A stretch of DNA of 64,000 nt from a virus (taxonomy: Duplodnaviria > Caudoviricetes). The stretch covers positions 2,942 through 66,941 of the IMG/VR virus record IMGVR_UViG_3300044723_011313. One strand, 5' to 3'. The notes beneath the pieces were generated by a model, which saw only the letters and a list, made by a program, of their open reading frames with translations, had not been told where the DNA came from and made no database searches. Shown here one piece after another: positions 1-7,238 of the stretch (position 1 is its first letter; every line of letters begins with the position of its first letter). Position numbers and translations under genes: made by a program.

Positions 1-1035
1 GTCGGTTCTGGTCAAGGTGGCGGAAGAATGGCTAAAGCATTCTACGACCTCGGATACAGAAAAACAATCGCATTCAACTTGGCTGAATCTGATTTGAACC
101 ACTTAGGTCTTCCAGAAAACCACAAGCATCACTTGAAATATGATGGTGCATCAGGTGCTGGTAAAAACCATGCTGTATCGAAGCAGGCTTTTGATGATAG
201 AAGCCAAGAAGTATTCAACAAATTCAAAGAAGTTTTCGGTGACAAGATCGACCGTATTTTGATTTGTGTTGGTGTTGGTGGTGGTACCGGCGGTGGTAGT
301 GTCATGTCGCTTTTGGATACAGCCAAAAGATATTTTACTTACATTGGTGTAGATAATCCAAATGAAAGAGTCGGTGTTATTGCTTCTCTTCCAACCACGG
401 GGGAATGTGCTTCTCCAGTTGTTGCTGAGAATTCATATGACAGAATGACAGAACTTTGTGATGCAGCAGAGGCAGGACAGTTTGCTCCTTTGGTTATTAT
501 CGACAATGATAAAATCAAGAAGTTGTATCCTCGTTTGACTGTAAAACAATTTTGGCCAACACTCAACAACACAGTTGCTGGTCTTTTTCATATTTTCAAT
601 CTTCTCTGCACAAAGAATTCCGATTACACAGTATTTGACCCAGCAGACTACGAAAGCATTATGAAAACAGCAGGTTGTATGATTTTTGGTGCTACAACAA
701 TCAAAGATCCAGAAAGTCCAACTTCTGTTTCGCAAGGACTTCGCAACAACTTGGAAAAAACACTTCTTGCTAGTGGATTTGATCTCACTTCAGCAAAAGG
801 TGCTGCTTCGATTATCGTTGGAGGAACTGTTCTTTATGAAACCGTTCCGGGTCTAATGGATAATATCGAGTACGGATTTGATACTTTGGCTACCTTGACT
901 GGTGGAGCAATCATCCACAGAGGTATCTACGAAGATCCAGAAAGAGAGAAATTGGTTGCTTACACAATCGTTGGTGGTCTCAAGTCGCCAAAGAAAAGAA
1001 TCGAAGAGCTTAAAAAATTCCTTGTTTTGAAATAA
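1..1035 (+). CDS. Tubulin/FtsZ-superfamily GTPase (TubZ/CetZ/PhuZ-like), 5'-truncated by the window edge
   Basis: Frame is open from base 1 (VGSGQGGGR, the N-terminal GxGQGG nucleotide-binding loop) into the tracked ORF at 28; tubulin signature GVGGGTGGG; IIDND; T7-loop-like FDPAD; GCMIFG. Confidence 0.9.
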   Translation, partial: VGSGQGGGRMAKAFYDLGYRKTIAFNLAESDLNHLGLPENHKHHLKYDGASGAGKNHAVSKQAFDDRSQEVFNKFKEVFGDKIDRILICVGVGGGTGGGSVMSLLDTAKRYFTYIGVDNPNERVGVIASLPTTGECASPVVAENSYDRMTELCDAAEAGQFAPLVIIDNDKIKKLYPRLTVKQFWPTLNNTVAGLFHIFNLLCTKNSDYTVFDPADYESIMKTAGCMIFGATTIKDPESPTSVSQGLRNNLEKTLLASGFDLTSAKGAASIIVGGTVLYETVPGLMDNIEYGFDTLATLTGGAIIHRGIYEDPEREKLVAYTIVGGLKSPKKRIEELKKFLVLK

Positions 1036-1044
1036 GCTCTTGAA

Positions 1045-1350
1045 ATGCTTCAAAAAATACTCATCATCATATTAGTATTCGCACCACTCCTTTCTCAAGC
1101 AAAAGACATACATAAAGTTTGGGAAAGCGAGTGTGGGTACTGCCACACTTCTTTTGAAGATTTAGCAATACAAAATGGAAAAAGAACAAGACAGTATGTA
1201 TCCAACTACATATTCAGGCATGCTAATGATATAAATGAGAAATTTGGAGATATTTTATCAAAAAAAGATATCGATACACTTGCAATTTTTATTCTAATAG
1301 AGTATTATATCTTAACTTTGCCTGATAAAAGAGATACTATCAGGTTATGA
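1045..1350 (+). CDS. Small secreted protein with CxxCH haem-binding motif (putative monohaem cytochrome c)
   Basis: Sec-type signal peptide MLQKILIIILVFAPLLSQA; ECGYCH about 10 residues into the mature chain; C-terminal LSKKDIDTLAIFI resembles the class I cytochrome c terminal helix. Confidence 0.6.
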   Translation: MLQKILIIILVFAPLLSQAKDIHKVWESECGYCHTSFEDLAIQNGKRTRQYVSNYIFRHANDINEKFGDILSKKDIDTLAIFILIEYYILTLPDKRDTIRL

Positions 1351-1352
1351 GA

Positions 1353-1430
1353 GCACCAGTAGCTCAGTTGGATAGTAGCAACCGCCTTCTAAGCGGTAGG
1401 TCAGAGGTTCGAGTCCTCTCTGGTGTGCCA
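1353..1430 (+). tRNA. tRNA-Arg (anticodon UCU)
   Basis: Acceptor GCACCAG/CTGGTGT, anticodon arm ACCGC-CTTCTAA-GCGGT, T arm AGAGG-TTCGAGT-CCTCT, encoded CCA. Confidence 0.95.
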
Positions 1431-1452
1431 CAAATTTAAAAAAGAGGTTTTT

Positions 1453-2079
1453 ATGGATAAGTATTGGAATATGAGAGCGGACGACGGAGGACGACAACCT
1501 GAAGGACCGGTAATGATGGCTGGATCACCAGATGACAGCAGAGTATCAGGCGATAATAATAAGATTTATTTTTATTCTGGTGTTACTCGTCAAGATAATC
1601 TTATGCTGAATAAGCTGCTTCATGCTACCGGTCATAAAATGGCAAGCATTCAGAGGGTTTATCAACTTCCAGAGCCTCCAAAGGTTCACCTTCATATCAA
1701 TTCATATGGTGGTTCTGTATTCGCAGGTTTTAGCTCTGTAGATTATATTAGAAATTGTCAAGTACCAGTTGTATCAGTGATTGACGGTTGTGCTGCTTCT
1801 GCTGCTACAATCATGAGTGTCGTTGCTCAGGAACGACTTATGCATGAGCATGCTTTTATGCTGATTCATCAACTTTCTTCAGGCATGTGGGGCAAGTTTG
1901 AAGCAATGAAAGATGACATGGAAAACAACCAAATGCTTATGGATAAGATTATTGGTATCTACGAACAACACACCAAGATCCCAAAATCAAAAATCAAAGA
2001 CATTCTCAAAAGAGATCTCTGGTGGGATGCAAAAACATGTTTAAAGTATGGTTTGGTTGATGATATTATCACACCATGA
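1453..2079 (+). CDS. clpP: ClpP-family serine protease
   Basis: HINSYGG, GCAASAA (catalytic Ser), LIHQ (His), RDLWWDA (Asp), YGLVD; start moved to ATG 1453 (GAGG upstream) because the tracked start at 1423 lies inside the tRNA. Confidence 0.9.
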   Translation: MDKYWNMRADDGGRQPEGPVMMAGSPDDSRVSGDNNKIYFYSGVTRQDNLMLNKLLHATGHKMASIQRVYQLPEPPKVHLHINSYGGSVFAGFSSVDYIRNCQVPVVSVIDGCAASAATIMSVVAQERLMHEHAFMLIHQLSSGMWGKFEAMKDDMENNQMLMDKIIGIYEQHTKIPKSKIKDILKRDLWWDAKTCLKYGLVDDIITP

Positions 2080-2576
2080 ACCTTTCAAAAAACAATAAAG
2101 TAACCATCCTAATTAGTGGTGCCTTCAATCCCCTTCATCTAGGGCATCTTTTACTTCTAAAACATGCAAATTCATACGGCGAAGTCATCGTCGCTTTGAA
2201 CAGCGATGAATGGATAAGGAGAAATAAAGGTTATCTTCTTTTCAATTATGAAACTCGTAAAATGTTCTTGGAAGACTTTCCTTATGTCTCTAGAGTAGTT
2301 GAGTTTGATGATTCTGATGGAACAGTTTGCGATGCTATTAGAAAAGTAAAACCTACTTTCTTTGGAAATGGCGGAACAATAAGGAACACTTCTATTCCTA
2401 AAGAAGAGTTTGAGCTTTGTAAAGAATTGGATGTTGTCCCTGTTTTCGGCCTTGGAGAAAGCGAGGATATGATTGAAGAAAAGTATCTCGTTCTAACTCA
2501 AGACTCAATCCTTCGTCATGCTATCAATGAGCTTGATAAATTAGATAAGTTTAGAGAAATACACCAGCAGCAATAA
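2076..2576 (+). CDS. HIGH-motif cytidylyltransferase/nucleotidyltransferase (TagD/RfaE-II-like)
   Basis: GAFNPLHLGH, VALNSDEWIRRNKG, FGNGG; ATGA overlap with clpP. Confidence 0.8.
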   Translation: MNLSKNNKVTILISGAFNPLHLGHLLLLKHANSYGEVIVALNSDEWIRRNKGYLLFNYETRKMFLEDFPYVSRVVEFDDSDGTVCDAIRKVKPTFFGNGGTIRNTSIPKEEFELCKELDVVPVFGLGESEDMIEEKYLVLTQDSILRHAINELDKLDKFREIHQQQ

Positions 2577-2949
2577 GCAAACATGCTTGATGCAATAACT
2601 GGTCAAAGCCTAAAAGACTGATTGGACCCCAAAGTTCAAGCCGTTTGTGTATGGGCTTTTTAACATCGGGGTCCAATCTAAGTGCTGAAGAATTGTCAGA
2701 AATGATCCTACTTGTGATAAAATCAACTACATAATGAGCGACGAAAGTAGCAGTACTAAATAGCAATGCTTCTTGTACTCCAACTACGAGCAATAACCCG
2801 GCATAAATTGTACCGGAATAGATTATTGTGTGGTACAAAAGTACCATATAGTCTTCTGACTTTCTAAGGGACATGCTATATGGTTGGAAGATATAATCTC
2901 CAAGATAGTGCAAAAATAATATATATGCAAATAGTCCAATCGAAATCAT
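2551..2949 (-). CDS. DUF3307-like integral membrane protein
   Basis: HYLGDYIFQ, HYVVD and DQLLH motifs set in hydrophobic helices. Confidence 0.7.
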   Translation of the reverse strand: MISIGLFAYILFLHYLGDYIFQPYSMSLRKSEDYMVLLYHTIIYSGTIYAGLLLVVGVQEALLFSTATFVAHYVVDFITSRIISDNSSALRLDPDVKKPIHKRLELWGPISLLGFDQLLHQACLLIAAGVFL

Positions 2950-2964
2950 TAGCCTGTCCTTACT

Positions 2965-2971
2965 ATAAGTA
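2965..2971 (-). promoter_or_regulatory. Putative late-promoter core (TACTTAT)
   Basis: Intergenic, 15 nt upstream of the DUF3307 ATG; core matches the recurring TAYTTAY motif but the flank differs. Confidence 0.3.
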
Positions 2972-3003
2972 TACGATTAGGAATGAAGTTTTGTAAAATT
3001 TTG

Positions 3004-3032
3004 TTGACAAATAAAAAAAGATTTATTATATT
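3004..3032 (+). promoter_or_regulatory. Sigma70-type promoter for tRNA-Leu
   Basis: TTGACA (3004-3009), 17-nt spacer, TATATT (3027-3032), 13 nt before the tRNA. Confidence 0.8.
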
Positions 3033-3045
3033 ACTAAAACACTAA

Positions 3046-3129
3046 GTCGGAATGGTGGAATTGGTAGACACGACAGACTTAAAATCTGTTGCTCTTTTGA
3101 GTGTGGGGGTTCAAGTCCCCCTTCCGATA
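3046..3129 (+). tRNA. tRNA-Leu (anticodon UAA), no encoded CCA
   Basis: Acceptor GTCGGAA/TTCCGAT, D arm GTG..CAC, anticodon arm ACAGA-CTTAAAA-TCTGT, long variable arm, T arm GGGGG-TTCAAGT-CCCCC; followed by CTA rather than CCA. Confidence 0.93.
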
Positions 3130-3963
3130 CTAAAAGTTCAAATCACTTGGGGCACTCATTGGTGAGATACCTAATGTTTCTGAAAGGGAAAAGGTATCTT
3201 CTTTTTGAGTGCCTTTTCTTTTTTGTTCGCCCATTACGATAGAATTGTAAACAAATTGACGAAGTTCTTTGATTGGTGGTGATACGGACACAACCGGGAA
3301 GTAGACATTTACAGAATGGATCATGCCAACAATTTCATCATCTGCATTGAAAATAGGAGATCCAGAACTGCCGCCCATTGCTGGGATTGAATAGTAAGCC
3401 TTCATTCCTTTTTGACCCATATAGAACCCTTCTAAGAGAGGGACAACATCTTCGTAGAAAATGCCAACAGGAGCAGCAACATTGTAAACTCTCTCACCTT
3501 CCTCTAATGAAGTGGTGGCAGAAGCTACTTTTGCTACTTTGGTTGTGTAAAGGTTGTGAGCAAAGAGAATACAAGTATCAATCGTATGATCCATATTTAT
3601 AATATCTGCTGTGTATTCTCCAAGTTTAAAGTTTACAGCCTTCATGAAGACCTCAACTTTTTTTGCTCCAACTTGCTCTGCCATTGCAAGAGTTTCTGAG
3701 TAGTCACAAACATGAGCGGCAGTTAGCACATACGATCCGCCACTAGTTCTCATAACAACAGCACCAGAACCCGTCGACAATGCATCTTTTGTCAAACATT
3801 CTTCTGGATTTTCAGGATTACAAAGAGTGATTTTGATGTCCTGCTTTATCTTGACAAAAGTGTCTCTCGCATCTCTAGAAAAATCTAAATTTGAAGTAGC
3901 ACAAGAAATAGTTGAAACACTAAGTAAGAATAATGCTATGATATGTAATGAAGCGATTCGCAT
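3130..3963 (-). CDS. Trypsin-like (S1) serine protease, probable lipoprotein
   Basis: Catalytic motifs VLTAAHVC, DTCIL, GGSSGSPIF; hydrophobic signal peptide ending in TIS-C. Confidence 0.85.
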   Translation of the reverse strand: MRIASLHIIALFLLSVSTISCATSNLDFSRDARDTFVKIKQDIKITLCNPENPEECLTKDALSTGSGAVVMRTSGGSYVLTAAHVCDYSETLAMAEQVGAKKVEVFMKAVNFKLGEYTADIINMDHTIDTCILFAHNLYTTKVAKVASATTSLEEGERVYNVAAPVGIFYEDVVPLLEGFYMGQKGMKAYYSIPAMGGSSGSPIFNADDEIVGMIHSVNVYFPVVSVSPPIKELRQFVYNSIVMGEQKRKGTQKEDTFSLSETLGISPMSAPSDLNF

Positions 3964-3966
3964 ACT

Positions 3967-3976
3967 GTAAGTAGTT
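3967..3976 (-). promoter_or_regulatory. Putative late-promoter motif AACTACTTAC
   Basis: Lies 3 nt upstream of the protease ATG with no Shine-Dalgarno; matches the recurring motif. Confidence 0.45.
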
Positions 3977-4007
3977 TTAAAAAAGTTTATACTTTATTAT
4001 TTTCTGG

Positions 4008-4017
4008 TAGTATTTAT
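4008..4017 (+). promoter_or_regulatory. Putative late-promoter motif TAGTATTTAT
   Basis: Intergenic, 16 nt upstream of the phoH GTG; divergent from the copy at 3967-3976. Confidence 0.45.
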
Positions 4018-4033
4018 AACACGAGGTAATCCT

Positions 4034-5341
4034 GTGAAAAAAACATTTGTATTAGACACCTGTGTATTTTTGTCTGACCCAAACTGTCTAAAGCAGTTCG
4101 AAGAAAATGATATCGTAATTCCTCTCAAAGTTTTAGATGAAATCGATAAAAACAAAGCTAGACAGGATGGTGCTGGATTCAATGCCCGCCATGTCATTCG
4201 TATTCTAGACATTTACCGAACCAAAGGAAGCCTTTTCAAAGGTGTATCCCTTGGAGAAAATAAGGGAAAACTGTTTGTAAAACACTATGAGACAGAAGAC
4301 TTACCACACGACTTCGACCTTAGTGTTCCAGATAACCAAATCATTGCAACTGCTCTAACAGAAAAAGCAAAATACAAAAGAAAAAAAGTCATTGTTGTAT
4401 CGCAAGATATCAATATGCGAGTCAAGTGTGACTCGCTTGGTCTTTTGTGCGAAGATTATATTGCTCACGATACAGTAGAAAATAAAGACGAAGTATTTAC
4501 AGGTCTAACCAAATACCTTGTTGACGAACAAGTTGTTGATTCTTTTTATGCTGGTGAAAAAATATATGCTGACAAAGACGAGATCAGATTGTTCTCAAAT
4601 CAGTATGTAATGCTTGTTTCAAATGCGAATGATAAAAAGACAGCACTGGCTAGATTCTTTAGCTACAATGATCCATTAGCGAAAATGTACAACACAGATA
4701 CAGTGTGGGGAATTGATGCTAGAAACAAAGAACAAACATTTGCCTTAGATCTATTGATGGATCCAGATGTCGAAGTCGTATCCCTTATTGGTCAGGCTGG
4801 TTCTGGTAAGACATTATTAGCAGTAGCGGCTGGACTGGAACAGGTCTTAGGCGAGGAAGCCGAATATAAAAAGCTGATTGTTTCTCGTCCAATCCAGCCA
4901 CTGGGAAATGATATCGGCTACTTACCCGGAACACTTGAGGAAAAAATGGATCCTTGGCTCATGCCGATCAAAGATAATCTAGAGTTCTTAATGGGAAATG
5001 ACAGAGATACTGTAAAAATGTATTTTGAAAGTGGTGTTATTGAAATCGAAGCAATCACTTATATTCGTGGTCGATCAATTACCAATGCTTTTATTATCAT
5101 TGATGAGGCCCAAAACTTGACAAGACACGAACTAAAAACCATCCTTACTCGTGTTGGCGAAGGGACAAAGATTATTCTAACTGGCGACATCGAGCAGATC
5201 GACAACATCTACATTGATGAAACTTCAAATGGTTTGACCTATGCAGTAGAAAAGTTCAAGGAACATGACATTGCAGGTCATATCACCCTCCAGAAAGGTG
5301 AGAGATCTAAAGTTGCAACTCTAGCAGCAAAGATTTTATAA
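4034..5341 (+). CDS. phoH: PIN domain-PhoH ATPase fusion (PhoH2/YlaK-like)
   Basis: N-terminal PIN motifs VLDTCVF, DEID, DNQII, VSQDINMR; Walker A GQAGSGKT; IRGRS; IIDEAQN; TGDIEQID. Confidence 0.92.
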   Translation: MKKTFVLDTCVFLSDPNCLKQFEENDIVIPLKVLDEIDKNKARQDGAGFNARHVIRILDIYRTKGSLFKGVSLGENKGKLFVKHYETEDLPHDFDLSVPDNQIIATALTEKAKYKRKKVIVVSQDINMRVKCDSLGLLCEDYIAHDTVENKDEVFTGLTKYLVDEQVVDSFYAGEKIYADKDEIRLFSNQYVMLVSNANDKKTALARFFSYNDPLAKMYNTDTVWGIDARNKEQTFALDLLMDPDVEVVSLIGQAGSGKTLLAVAAGLEQVLGEEAEYKKLIVSRPIQPLGNDIGYLPGTLEEKMDPWLMPIKDNLEFLMGNDRDTVKMYFESGVIEIEAITYIRGRSITNAFIIIDEAQNLTRHELKTILTRVGEGTKIILTGDIEQIDNIYIDETSNGLTYAVEKFKEHDIAGHITLQKGERSKVATLAAKIL

Positions 5342-5349
5342 CTTTTTTC

Positions 5350-5378
5350 TTGACAAAACTTAAACATTACTTTATATT
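5350..5378 (+). promoter_or_regulatory. Sigma70-type promoter for the CAU tRNA and downstream operon
   Basis: TTGACA (5350-5355), 17-nt spacer, TATATT (5373-5378); hexamers identical to the promoter at 3004. Confidence 0.8.
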
Positions 5379-5388
5379 ATGTATACTT

Positions 5389-5464
5389 GGACCTATAGCT
5401 CAATGGTTAGAGCATCCGGCTCATAACCGGCAGGTTCTCGGTTCGAGTCCGAGTGGGTCCACCA
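5389..5464 (+). tRNA. tRNA with CAU anticodon, probably Ile2 (lysidine-modified, reads AUA); elongator Met not excluded
   Basis: Acceptor GGACCTA/TGGGTCC, D arm GCTC/GAGC, loop CTCATAA, T arm CTCGG-TTCGAGT-CCGAG, encoded CCA; C4:G69 and C5:G68 are the known TilS determinants; paired G1:C72 excludes initiator tRNA. Confidence 0.9.
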
Positions 5465-5477
5465 AATGGAGAATATA

Positions 5478-5780
5478 ATGACTAATACAATTGAGTTCAC
5501 AGAAACAGTAGAAGATGCTAACGAAGTTTTAGACGAAGTGGTAACTCCTGAGAATGAACTTAAAACAATGCTTGTAAATTATGTTGGAGAAAAACAAACC
5601 CCAGATGGTGATCAAGTAACAGTAGAGATGATTGTAGAACAGCTTGCTACAGAATTTCCAGAGTTTGTTCTTGCGGTAGCAGAAGAAAATTTTATTAGAG
5701 GATATCAGCAAGCATTGACCGATGTAGAAGTCGGTAGAAAAGCATGGGAAGAAGAACAGCAAGAAAATGAGCAAGAGTGA
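5478..5780 (+). CDS. Acidic hypothetical protein
   Basis: Open frame with GGAG 6 nt before ATG 5478; overlaps the next gene; no recognisable motif. Confidence 0.7.
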   Translation: MTNTIEFTETVEDANEVLDEVVTPENELKTMLVNYVGEKQTPDGDQVTVEMIVEQLATEFPEFVLAVAEENFIRGYQQALTDVEVGRKAWEEEQQENEQE

Positions 5781-6462
5781 TTACATAAGAGAAAGCCTAA
5801 AAAGATCTAAATCTCTGAATCACTATAGCTTATTTGGTTCCGAAATACCCATTTATGTAAAAGACGAACTTATCTTCATAGATGACAAAAGCACTCTAGA
5901 AGATGTTATTGAGATCGTAGAAAATTCACTTCCTTCCTTCCTTGTCTCTAATGTAGATGTAATCTATGTTGGGGACTTTTCTCATTTTGAAGAACGAGAT
6001 ACTAATGCAGCCTATGAAAATGGTGCAATCTATGTGATAAATGTCCAAGATAGTGCTATGGATATGGCAGATGACATTGTTCACGAGATTGCACATGCTG
6101 TAGAGGAAAGGTTCTATGATGAAATATATGGAGATGGAAGAGTTGAGAACGAATTTTTAGGAAAAAGAGAAAAACTCTACCAAATATTGAAAGCATATGA
6201 GGAGCCAATGATTGATTTGGCTTATTTTCAGAATCCAGACTACAATGATAAGTTCGATGAATACCTTTATATGCAAATCGGATATCCAGCCCTCAATGCT
6301 TTTGGAAATGGTCTGTTTTATTCGCCATATGCAGCCACTTCTATAAGAGAATACTTCGCTAGAGGCTTTGAAGCTTTTTTCTTACATAAAGACCTCAAAA
6401 CACTTGCAAATATCAGCCCCATACTGTATAATAGGTTAGAAAACTTAGCAGATATGGAGTAA
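5767..6462 (+). CDS. HExxH zincin-like metallopeptidase
   Basis: IVHEIAHAVE plus a downstream REYFARGF third-ligand motif. Confidence 0.6.
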   Translation: MSKSDYIRESLKRSKSLNHYSLFGSEIPIYVKDELIFIDDKSTLEDVIEIVENSLPSFLVSNVDVIYVGDFSHFEERDTNAAYENGAIYVINVQDSAMDMADDIVHEIAHAVEERFYDEIYGDGRVENEFLGKREKLYQILKAYEEPMIDLAYFQNPDYNDKFDEYLYMQIGYPALNAFGNGLFYSPYAATSIREYFARGFEAFFLHKDLKTLANISPILYNRLENLADME

Positions 6463-6464
6463 TA

Positions 6465-7238
6465 ATGGCACACATTAGCTTCTCAGAGGCAAAAAACTGG
6501 AACTTTTGCCCTTTTTATCACAAATTGATGAACTTAGACAAGGTAAAAGGCTTTCAAGGCAATGCTTTTACCGCTTTTGGTAATGCTATTCACGATACCT
6601 GTGAAAAGATGCTTACAGAGGGTTTGGACGATAAAAAGTCATTTTTTCAACTAAGATTCAAGGAAATCCTTGATAATTTGCCCGAAAATGTCGAAAAAAC
6701 GGGTGATTTAGTAGAAAAAATGAAAGTTCAAGCACCTCCCATCCTTGATGAAGTGCTTCCTGCCCTCCAAGATCACTTTGGAGAGTATGAAGTAGTGGCA
6801 GCAGAAGAAGATTTGATGGAATTGATTGAATATTTTCAACCAAAAGAGGTAGAAAAGTTCAAAGGTTTCATTGATTTGATTATCAAAACACCAGATGGTA
6901 AATTTCACATCATTGACTGGAAGACTTGCTCTTGGGGATGGGATGCTAGAAAGCGATCTGACCCCATGATGACATACCAACTTACTTTCTACAAACATTT
7001 CTGGGCTAAAAAGCATAGTGTGGACCCAAAGATGGTGGAAACTTATTTTGCTTTGCTCAAAAGGACCGCAAAGAAAGACAGAGTAGAGATCTTTAGGGTC
7101 ACTAGTGGTCCTAAAAAAACTCAAAATGCTCTTAAATTTCTTGAGAAGGCAATTTATAATATTGAAAAGAAAAACTTCATAAAGAATAGGCTTGCTTGTA
7201 GCAAGTGTGAATTCTACAAAACGGAACATTGCACATGA
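6465..7238 (+). CDS. PD-(D/E)XK nuclease, Cas4/AddB-like with 4-Cys Fe-S staple
   Basis: GFIDLII and IIDWKT catalytic motifs, QLTFY; N-terminal CP and C-terminal CSKC-x7-C. Confidence 0.8.
   Translation: MAHISFSEAKNWNFCPFYHKLMNLDKVKGFQGNAFTAFGNAIHDTCEKMLTEGLDDKKSFFQLRFKEILDNLPENVEKTGDLVEKMKVQAPPILDEVLPALQDHFGEYEVVAAEEDLMELIEYFQPKEVEKFKGFIDLIIKTPDGKFHIIDWKTCSWGWDARKRSDPMMTYQLTFYKHFWAKKHSVDPKMVETYFALLKRTAKKDRVEIFRVTSGPKKTQNALKFLEKAIYNIEKKNFIKNRLACSKCEFYKTEHCT

Noticed and set aside
1-1035. Calling the phage nucleus-forming because of tubulin
   Set aside because: No chimallin or multisubunit RNAP in the window, no PhuZ-type tail, and restriction-site avoidance argues against shielded DNA; cannot be decided here.
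5389-5464. Initiator tRNA-fMet
   Set aside because: G1:C72 is paired and the anticodon stem lacks the three consecutive G:C pairs (GGG/CCC) of initiator tRNAs.
6465-7238. CRISPR-Cas locus suggested by the Cas4-like gene
   Set aside because: No repeat-spacer array or other cas genes were seen in the window.
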